A stretch of 64,000 nt of DNA from Botryllus schlosseri (taxonomy: Eukaryota): positions 4,898,001 through 4,962,000 of the forward strand of contig CM119377.1 in the NCBI GenBank assembly GCA_051294905.1. Direction: 5' to 3'. Position numbers and translations under genes: made by a program. Of this stretch, positions 12,449 through 22,700 are shown one piece after another. Position 1 is the stretch's first letter; each line of letters opens with the position of its first letter. A model generated the notes under the pieces. That model saw only the letters and a program-made list of their open reading frames with translations. It did not search any database and had not been told where the DNA came from.

Positions 12449-12881
12449 TAGGCTTACCATATTTTGGAAATCTAAAAAGAGGACGCAAAACCGGAGGAGA
12501 ATTCTCAAAGATTGGTAAATTTTTCCCACTTCGTGATCGGTTGACTAAAAAAAAAGGGCAACTTTCCGCTCAGATCTCAAAATACCGTTTTCTTCGCCAC
12601 ATTGCTAGGTGGACGACTAAAAAATAAAAAAATAAAAAATAAAGGTCAACTTTTCGCTCAGGGCTCAAATCACCGTTTTTCACTCCGAAATACCCGCCGG
12701 AGCGTCACTTCTGTGCTAATTTACGGCATATCACTCGCATTTTGCTCTAAATGTGACCTCAATTTTCAAAAAAGAGGACAAAATCTCAAAAAAGAGGACA
12801 AAAGGCCGTCCTCCGAGGACACTTTCAAAAAAGTCAAAAAAGAGGACAAATCCTCTTAAAAGAGGACGTATGGTAACCCTA
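12449..12881. mobile_element. hAT MITE (TAGGGTTACCA family)
   Basis: TIR TAGGCTTACCAT / ATGGTAACCCTA, perfect TSD gtatataa (12441-12448 / 12882-12889), AAAAGAGGAC internal repeats; related inverted fragment near 10640-10830. Confidence 0.9.
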
Positions 12882-13247
12882 GTATATAAGTGTCTGTAAC
12901 AAGTGTTTTAGAACGATTATTGAGTGAGACTTAGGCTGCGTTCATCGTTTGTTTTGATACCTATAGTGAAACCAGTCGTCAAAACCAACCCGTTCACATA
13001 GCATGAAGTTCTCGAACCAGTACCAAATTTTGGCGTTCACACTCGAGTGATTTTGATATCTTGGACTCAAAACATGAGCGTTCATACTTGAGCGTGGTTA
13101 CGAAGACTTTCCGTATTGCGGGCTCGTTATCGTGCTAATTAACGCGACGTTACATCTGCGGTGGACGGTGTTGGCGCGAAATTCGTCAAACCTGCTCTCC
13201 AACCTGGTTTGAGCGTGCGTTGACTATCCAGTATCTTTACAGAGTAG

Positions 13248-13631
13248 ATGGAGGGTAATGTAATGCGTAGCCGTGGTATATTGTGGATACTGCAGGAAGT
13301 TGTTAAACTGGTGCATGAGTGGAAGACGGAGAGAATTCAGGCCATGACCCTCGTCGGAAAACCGAATAAAGAAATATTCACCATAATTTCGAATAGTTTA
13401 AACAAAATGAGAATGGAGAGATTTCCAGATTGCTGCTTAAAAAAGTTACAGGCCCTTAAGCGGGAATTCAGAAAGCATAAAGACAAAGTTACCAGCAGCG
13501 GTGAATCAGGGGACCTTTATTCTCCTTCCAGTATTACTGATATGTATGAAGATTTAGATGAAACCATTGGGAAAGACCCACTGACTCGAATAATCTCGAT
13601 GGTAAGGTTTTTTTCGAGTGATGCATTTTAA
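13248..13631 (+). pseudogene. Harbinger Myb/SANT-like DNA-binding protein (5' part)
   Basis: W..QEVVKLVHEW...NKEIFTIISNSL...CLKKLQALKREFRKHKD...YEDLDETIG matches the Myb/SANT-like pattern; lies inside the Harbinger TIRs. Confidence 0.75.
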
Positions 13632-15238
13632 TATAGATGGATCAGATATATTGTTGGGGTGGCAGAAGTGCAATGAGTTTGCTCTAAATACAACACCGCT
13701 CTCATTTTTACAAGTGTGACAAAGATGTGGTAAAGTGTATATAACACATACAGTATATGTTATTTTCCTTGTAGAAGGCTTGAGGTTGAGATAGAGACAA
13801 ACCAGCAACCAGTCAAATTATTTTATATTAATTTCATTTCAAACTTAATATGTTGTTTCAGATTCTTATGCGTGTACTAGTTCGGGCAGCAGTGAAGTGA
13901 AGATAAAATGGAAGAGAAATATTGATGCTTCAAGTAAAGCTTAATACATAGTGTCACGCTTATCTATAGGCAGCGGCATACTTATATGCAGTCATGGATG
14001 TATATGAAGCTTGTGTTTTAATTATGTAATCCGCTAACTATCTTGCCATCAGTCTTGTGAACAGTGTCTTTTTGTGCAGGTGAATCAATACAGTCTGTAA
14101 TCGAGAAAGCTGAAGACAGACAAGACAAGCGGTTTAAACAGTGGATGCTGTTTCAGGTGAGTCATTCATCAAAAGGCTTGTCATGAGTTGTCACTCATGA
14201 TACTTCCTATTCCCATGATGAGTATGTAACAAACTTTGAAGATTTTTAGGGGGAAGAAAATGAGAAAGAGAGGAAACACGATGTTGAGATGTTACGAAGC
14301 TTACTTGGCATTGGAACTCGATATGAAGGCTATTCAATGTAAGTTGTTAGTGACTGTAAACACTAACTTACTCCGGTACCCTATGCAGCTGTTGAACTAT
14401 TTGTATGTATAAGATAGTGACAAGCAATCAAAGTCTTAGAAAGTTTCACCTCGATGCTAGCAGTCACAAAGTGTTGCGAATATTTCCCGTAATTGCAATG
14501 CCAGGTCCCAGAAAAGATGAATATATTGTTTGCTGTGGAACTAATAAATCTGTAATTATTTGTTGCAGCAGCGTACAAGAAAATGAAGAAGAGGCTCCAG
14601 TTCCAGCCGTACATGTACTGGTCGAAAGTGAATAAATATTTCATCTCCGAAGTCTATATTGCATGGGCTCTCAAATCGGGTTGCGTCTGAGTTTTAATGG
14701 GTACGCTAGCAGCTCTGCTTTTCTGGCACGGACAAATTTCATCAACAGCGTCCTTGGAGTTTATGTGACAAGCAACAGAAAATCGAACATGCCAAATGCA
14801 GCATTCATTTAGGCTTAAATTGGCATGTAACGTTAGTGGCCTCACCTACATTCACTGTATAGTGAGTCAGTTTCTCCAAGTCAATGAGCTAATGCTAATA
14901 AGTGTAGCCGACTGAAGACCTCGGGTTAGTTGACTACCAGAACCAGTGTCATCTGCTTATAATTAAAGCTACTTGACTAGCCCTATTGCATTCTCCGCTC
15001 CTGTTTATGTCTGATATGGTAGAGTCCTATTTAGCCAGTGACAAAAAAAACGTTTCATCGTTTATTTATTAGGATAAACTGCTCTTAGCAGAAAGCTGAA
15101 TGACTGTCGTGTCAAATCAACGCAAAGCATATTTAAACATGTCGCGTACTCAAATACCAGACTCCAGATCACATTCAGTGCTGGTGGCTTCGATTTCGTC
15201 ATCCACTACATCTGTACTTCTGTAGGTGGCAACTCTGC

Positions 15239-15530
15239 TTAGTCCATGTTCTCTTCACAAAAGTTGTGCAATCTGATGCATGATGCTATCTGCAACAGCG
15301 CATTCTCGGGCAAAGCACCACACCTCTTCAACAAACATCGCCAACGGTGCTGCAGCCGACCAAATGTCTGCTCCACTACTCGTCTTGCAGAACATAACTT
15401 CTAAAAATAGTCTTTAGCTTATAGCCTAATGAAACAACAACATATCAGGCTTGTATCTACCTTGTTGAAATATTCCTCAGAGCGTCTACTGGGGTTGCTG
15501 TAAGCTTTGATCAATCATAAATACTGCAAG
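15239..15530 (-). pseudogene. Harbinger transposase C-terminal remnant
   Basis: *LIKAYSNPSRRSEEYFNK / intron / KLCSARRVVEQTFGRLQHRWRCLLKR..IASCIRLHNFCEE, the typical FN..LS.AR.VVE..FG.LK.RW..L..LHN motif. Confidence 0.8.
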
Positions 15531-16234
15531 TACATTACGTTATGATTCATTGCTTCGAAGCAATCAAGAAGAGGTTCCTTACGATAACATCCATACAGGC
15601 CTGTTGATCAACAAACAGACGTGAGCAGAGCAGTCATCAGGTTCGCACAACTGCGCTATACCATATTGGCACTTTCCTGCATTCATAGAGTTCATCCTTC
15701 CAATACTTTGATATGAACGGGGAAGCGTCACACCAAACGGCGTCAAAATTTTCTCCTCAAAACCAGTGCGTTCATTTAGCCGTCAATTGTGACGTCGATG
15801 TCGAAACCAATGCGTTCACCGTCACGTTGCGAAGTTCGCTTGTGTTCACATTGCTGGTTTTGGTAACGGGTTTTCACAATCACTCGTGGCGAAACCAAAC
15901 GACGAACGCAGCCTAATACGCAACTACTGCAAACGTCTGAATAAACCGATTGTATTGAGCATATATCTGTTACGAAGAACTTCACCCAAGGCAACAGCTT
16001 CTCGAGATAAGTATTGTATAGCCGAGCACCAAGACGATTGGTTAGCTATACTTTTATAGTGTTATACAGATCGCCAGAGACAATAAGCTTTAATTCCTGC
16101 AGTAGCTCGAAGCAACAGCCTTCTGCCTTTTTCTCTTCGGCAAGAACGTTTTCAATGATCATAGTGAACTCAGATATCAGTGGCCTGAGACTATAGATAA
16201 CTAACCTACGGAGGATAGTTATCGGTACTGAGAC

Positions 16235-16266
16235 CATAGCAATTTACAACGTTGTAAATTGCTATG
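16235..16266. repeat. Perfect 32-bp palindrome flanked by 7-bp direct repeats
   Basis: CATAGCAATTTACAAC-GTTGTAAATTGCTATG; ctgagac at 16228-16234 and 16267-16273. Confidence 0.85.
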
Positions 16267-16760
16267 CTGAGACTAAACTCCACAACTCCTCAGATCAACT
16301 CGCAATCGCTCACGCATAACGCAACTGGTCAACCTTTGTCCATTTGTTGCGCAATCGTGTGTTGTGATGTAGTTTTGCCTGCCGCCGCCGTTGAACTGAT
16401 ATGGATGCCGGTGAACTTCACAATCAATATATATTGTTTGCATGGTGGCGTGGCCCGCAGCCGATCAGCCTCCGCGTACTTAATTCACCTGTACTGTAGT
16501 TGTCTAGGAGCTTTATAGCAGATAGAATATGATTTATCATGTTATGGAAGCTCCCGCCTTTCGTTTTTTCAACCGGTGTTTTCGTTTTACGGCAGTGCGT
16601 GCTTTTGATAGGCCTACCGAATGTTAGTCTGAACGGCTTGAAGCACGGACTTTACCCAAGATAGTTGTATAATGCCAATCGTCTCCACGAAACTGGTCCA
16701 CAAAATTGAACGCGGCTGGGCTTATCGGTAGCATTGAAAACTTTTGATTGAAATAACGGC

Positions 16761-19700
16761 ATGGATTCAAAAAAAGAGCGTGTAAAACGCGATGGATATC
16801 TGCAAGGGGACGTTTTTGAAAGAGGTGAATCTCCAATGGAAACTACTGCGATCTTTCCACGTTCTGCAAGTCCAGAAAATTCCTATGGTGAGTATACTCA
16901 AGAGGCACTTAGAAGCATAGGCGTCGCGCTTTCAACATGAATAAAGGAAAGCTAAAGGGTTGCAATCACAGATTGTTATAACATTGTTATTGGAAATTGT
17001 GAGCAAGATGAGTTATGACACTGCATTCTGGGTGCTTGTCCTATACACGCATCACAATGAGAAGTGTTCTCAATGATCATTTAAAACAGTGTTTCCCCAG
17101 AGCCAGACTGGAATCGGTGGTTGTTTTCGACAACATGTTGTGCGTGACAAACGAATTTCTCGCGTGATTGGAGAATTTCATCCGCGTGACGGAAATATTT
17201 TTCACTCCGGTTCAATACTGAATTACTTATTAAACGACACAATGTGCTAAAATAAACCTGGTATATGCCGGATTAGGGTTACGCCGTATATTCGCTGTTG
17301 CGCAAATGCCACGCTAATACTTGCGTTCATTGTAAAGCGCAAGCGCCTTATTATGGATTTGGACTCTAGTATCGCTTTGTGACGTCAGCATAATTCATTA
17401 ATCAGCGTGATCAGATATAAATGCTCGCGTGACGTTGTGCGTGCCGTTGCCACCGATTCCACTCTGGCCCCAGAGTAGTATTGGTGACAATGTCATGCTC
17501 TCTGTTCAACTACTCAGTTATTCTATGCAACCTGCAATATATTGCCAAAAACAAGCACTGTTTCCAGTCTGGGTGTTTCCATTTCAATCTGTTCAATCTG
17601 TTACCTATCATGTATATAAGGCAGCGATAAACAACTAGGAAATTTTCAACTCTTCCAAATTTGATTGAAATTGGTATTATAGCGATAACCGGTGAACTCG
17701 GCCCATGGTGAATTCGACCCTCTGTGAATTTGTTAATAAAAATAATTATTAATGTCGTGAATTGTATTGATAATATTTTCTCTTCTCATGTCAATCGCCG
17801 CCATGGTAGTTCAGTGGGCAGATCATGTGGAGACAATGTTGAATTGGTGGCGGTGGACATGTATGATTGTTATAAGTTACTTGAAATGTGTAATGTTGAT
17901 GAAGAGTGCAGAACGTCGAGGACTAGACAGAAAAACCTCTAACACATGCAGTCCGACTAGACCAGTGGTTCTCAACCTTTTTTTAGACACGCCCCCCTTT
18001 TTTATAGTGAAAAATTTCGCGCCCCCCTTATCGTCATATCACAAAATCAAACTGGGATGCTAGCAACCCCAACAGATTGTTTGGTGGTATGGTCGGTTAG
18101 AAATGTTTATGACAGAATAAAAAATATGAAATTGGGTGTATATAGAGAGAAACACGCGTGCATTGTAGGCGCAACCCAACAGATTGTTTGATGGTATGGA
18201 CGGTTATGGATGTTGATGAGAGAATAAAAATATATGAAATTGGGTCTATATAGAGAGAAACACGCGTGCATTGGAAGTAAATAGTGCGGAGCGCGAAAAA
18301 TCTTTTCAGGTGACCGCTTCTTCGTGCCCCCCTTCAGATGTTTCACGCCCCCCCCAAGGGTGGCGCGCCCCCCAGGTTGAGAACCCCTGGACTAGACAGA
18401 AAGACCTCTTACACGCGGGAGACCCAGACTGGAATTAGTGGTTGTTTTCAGCAATAAGTTGCACGTGACAGAAGGGTTTCTTTCATAGAATAATTAAGGA
18501 ATTAAATGGAAAGTTGCGCGTGACGTTTGCCACCAATTCCACTCTGGCGGGAGACAACTACCACATTCTCCCTCCAATAAAACTGCAAACAAACTGCTGT
18601 AATCTACTTCAAGATATTATTCGATTCGCATCCAGTCTCAAGTTACAGTACATAAAATTCCGTAGATTTAGTCAAAATAAAAGTCATGAGTACCCTGGTC
18701 TAGTCCTTAATATTCGGCACTCTTCATCAGCATGACACATCTCCTTATTAGTGCGATGTCACGACGTGATATACCACGGCGCGCGCAAAACAAAACTTTC
18801 GTTTCCGAGAACTTGAAAATAACATTCATACGACACGTCCACCACCACCATTTCACCATTGTCTCCATTAACTGATACAATTCATGACGTTTATAATAAT
18901 TTTTATTAACAAATTCACCGAAGGTTGAGTTCACAGAGGAACGAGTTCAATGAGCCGAGTTCACTGTTGTAGCTATACAGTTATTTTTCGTAATTATATT
19001 AATATTACCGATTTCGCAAAAATATACCGGTAGGCTAATACCAGTTCTATGTCACACTCAACTTTATTCGGTATTTTTCGACAATACCTGTTGCATTTCA
19101 CTTTGTTCGATTTTGTGCTTATTTAGTTCTTCTGTAGCATTTTCAAGAAAATCCAAAATTAGATTAGTGATATTCTGCTCATAATAACCTAATGAGACAA
19201 CTACATATCTAGTTTACAAATATTACGTAAGGGTAAGGGTAATGTGTTGTTCAGCCCATTGAACTTCGTTTTTAGCTGGCTGATTTCTCAGGTGAGGTTG
19301 AAGGCGGTGTGTTGAGGCGTGTCAGTGACGCATAGCATACATATGACCCCCAATATTAAGCTGAGTTAGTGATGCGTATTGACTGAGTGAGAAGCACTGT
19401 TCAGTAGGGTGATCTATTGGAACAATTCTCGAAGTGTTGCGTGTATCGACGTATTCTGTGTGCATCCATTCGACACCAATGCTGTGGAATATAGGTCTAG
19501 CCATCAAAGAACTGCCATTTTTGTTGCTGCTTCGAGGACACGAATATAGTCTATGGATCCAAATCAGTAAAAAATGTTACGAAATGTTATAGGTAAACAG
19601 TATATTCAAATATCTTTCTGTAGCAATTCTCGGTGTAAAGTTGCACAGTTGTGTTACAACTTGAAGGTAAGATTAGATCAGTATATGTAAGGATAAGACT

Positions 19701-22700
19701 AATATGATTAAATTGAGCTCATTCTCTTCAAATGTACTCCTGCTCTTTGATCACTAATCCCCACCGGCCACCAGATATTGAATTTTCACATGCGATGTTA
19801 ATCAAATGTATCTGGATCCTATTATTCCCTAGCCTAACATCATGGTACCACCAACAACTTATCGTAACGAACCATTTTTATCTTCCAGCCCTTTATTCTA
19901 ATTGTGCCATAGTGTGAATCAACACTGATATCTCAGATTCAGACGTTGCCTTTAATCTATACGTAGATATGTCATTTTGTTCATCATATGTATTGAATAA
20001 TACTATGCAATGTAGCTAATTTATGCCTTTTCCTGATATACATGCAATCTCACTGACTCAGCACATAGTTCACATGGTTATATTGAACATAAAAAGTTGG
20101 AGCCTCAATAGGCCTACTCTGTGCTGCGTACCTATTTATTGTATTGAGCAGCATATGCTGACTTTAGGAATTTATTACGAACTCTCTTTGCAACTATGTG
20201 TTCGATAATTATTCACATACTTCTTGCAAGACTACAGGTATGAAACCACTGATTCTTTCCATAGTCTGCAACAGTCTAATAAGAGCTAAACAATTATCGA
20301 TATGCTGCTGTCATTTAACTAAGATATCTTGGTTTGTTTATTGGAATGTTTACTGACGCAACAATGCCGCCTACTTCGTAGAATTAATACTTCAAATTGT
20401 TAAATCTTTGCGATAGTGCTTGTGCGCACTGTCATATTTGTTCGATAAATGTTTGATTTTTTTTGTATGTATAAAAGTAATCAAGCTGCTATAGGCTAAG
20501 TGGCATCTTCACCCTACTCGGGCTAACAGCATTTGCAGTTCTTCTTTGTTAAATGTCAGCACTAAAGGATAGACTCCAATATTGAATATCGTTTGCAAGT
20601 GACAGCCTCGTGTATTGTATATGGTGTGGCAAATTGGATGCTTTTCATAGCTTTTAATCAGTAGAAAGGCATTATTTGATATGAAAGTATGATTATCAGT
20701 AGTATTGCGTTGAGAGGTCTTGTCTGGTCGAGCCCGCAATCCAAATAATTAGTTGAACTACGGTCATAGGGAGCCTACCATATGTTATAATCCATATGCA
20801 TTATGCAACCATATATTTATTCCAACTGGCAAACAGCATGTCAGGTGAAACTGTAAAGTAGAATTAGGAAAATATCAAAACACTAGATTGGTCAATTGAA
20901 TATCGACACTTTACGGACAATCATATCTCTGGTTCGGAATTAACCATGCTTGATGTGAATAATTGTGATAAGACGAAACACTATATTTGTAGAATAATGA
21001 GATCAAATAGGACTTTACATCATGACAAAGAATTAAACATTCAGTACCAGTACACTAGGCCTGTCAGTGTCAGCACTGAGGTCACAGGTAATGAATGAAA
21101 TGAAATAGTCATAGTGTATGTGTAACAAGGAAAATTGAACTTTTAAAGTTTTTCGCTTCTTACATCACAGCAATTGAAAAAATGTTTTGCACAATCGGAA
21201 AAGATCCAGAAAAGCCCGAATACCGCTGCTATCCGTACAAGAAAAGTCCATTTCGACACTTTTTGATGATACTTGTTTATGTGAGTCATTCGAGCTCTAC
21301 TTATACGCCCCTTGAGATATCATAGGCTATGGACTTTTTTTAGATCTTTTCTGCCGGATTCATGTGGCTGATGTTCTACTGGCGTCCGGACTGGAAACTT
21401 AAATTCACCCATTATTTAGCATCGTTCAGTAACTGCACCAGTGTATTCCTGGAAAATTTAGACGGAACCCGCCGTGTAAGTGTTCGAACTTTATATTTCT
21501 TCAAAAAACTAGTATCAATTTCTCTGTGATTTAGCGAGTATAGTACTGTATTACTGCAGGTAATACTCGGGTAATATACACTACGGCAGGTGTTAGCTCT
21601 CGGTAATTATAGATTCTCAGCTGCTGAACAGTGTACCTAGCTCAGTCACAAATTAATGCAATTGCTCATCACAGCGATTGTTATCAGTCAGAAACGTCTG
21701 TACGGTACTGGTTTTTGTGATCTTTTCTGACATGGCCGCGATCAAGCACATTGCATGGTGCACTTCACGGTATGTTTTCTACCATTCAGGTTCGGATGCT
21801 AAATCGGGGGATGTTTTGAAAGTACTCCAAAGTGTTTTCCATAAGTTTGGGGAGTTGTGACTTTATATATATATTTTTGTACCGCTCAGTTTTCAGTTTA
21901 ATTCAGCCCAGATTCAGAGTCAAACTTCCTAATTAGGATTTGGGAGGGCTGGCTTCGCAGTCCAAATTTCTCAACTGCAGGGATTTGGGGTTGTAGTAAA
22001 ATTTCATGACCATCACTCGAAGTAAATATTTACTTACAGGGAGTCAGAGTCGTAATTTCATTTCAGAAAAAAGTGAGACCCGTGGTCATAAAATCAATTT
22101 TGAATAGTATATTCATATTGAAATAAACCCGAATATTTTCGGCTGACACTCGCCAGGGGTAATCGTCAGCAACTAGTAGAGAATTGGAGGGAACATTGTA
22201 TATCAACTATCGTATCACAAAATATGACGTCACCAGCATGAAATTCGGAATAAGAGAGCGTTCAAGGTACTATTCTTAGATGGTACACGAACTCCTTTTG
22301 TTGACACAACCTTGGCTGGTGTATTTTGTTACAATTCGACTACAAGGCACACAAATAAAAGCGTGAACGGCCCCTTCCGACGACACGAAATCTGTCGTCT
22401 CGATAATTTTTCCGCACAAGCGGAATTATCCAACATATGCTTCCTGTTGTACGCACTAGCCGATTGACTAATGACCACCCTGAGTTTTCTTGAAATCCTG
22501 GGCACAAACGCAGATCCAAGGAGCTTTCTTTAATAACACAGAACATCCAAATAGTAGTAAGTAGTATGGTGCGATGTGTTGTCATTGAAAATTGTGTTCG
22601 TCTCTCTATCCCTGGTGTCCCTCATAGTGTTCCTGTGATAAAAGATTACGGTTTGTTCTACTCTTTGACAGGTCTATGTTTCTGAAATCAAAGTAACGGA

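Larger units (their letters stand above)
12934..15913. mobile_element. Decayed PIF/Harbinger DNA transposon
   Basis: TIRs GGCTGCGTTCATCGTTTG / CAAACGACGAACGCAGCC flanked by TTA and TAA; contains a Myb/SANT-like ORF (+) and a DDE_Tnp_4-like transposase remnant (-) in convergent orientation. Confidence 0.85.
11900..16300 (-). pseudogene. Fossil large DNA-transposon ORF (Academ-type, inferred), split by younger insertions
   Basis: Removing the insertions at 16235-16266, 12934-15913 and 12449-12881 with one TSD copy each gives a largely collinear decayed frame: EELWSLVSVPITI..SLRPLISEFTMIIE..ELLQELK..SKTLVTDTY..GILPNSW*KF..DDDADG. The motif order resembles large XPG-domain transposases; several stops and at least one frameshift. 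Confidence 0.35.

Noticed and set aside
19290-20750. Gypsy integrase or LINE RT remnants in ATPase intron 1 (and a similar stretch at 46560-47550)
   Set aside because: Only vague motif resemblance with many stops; cannot be supported without a profile search.
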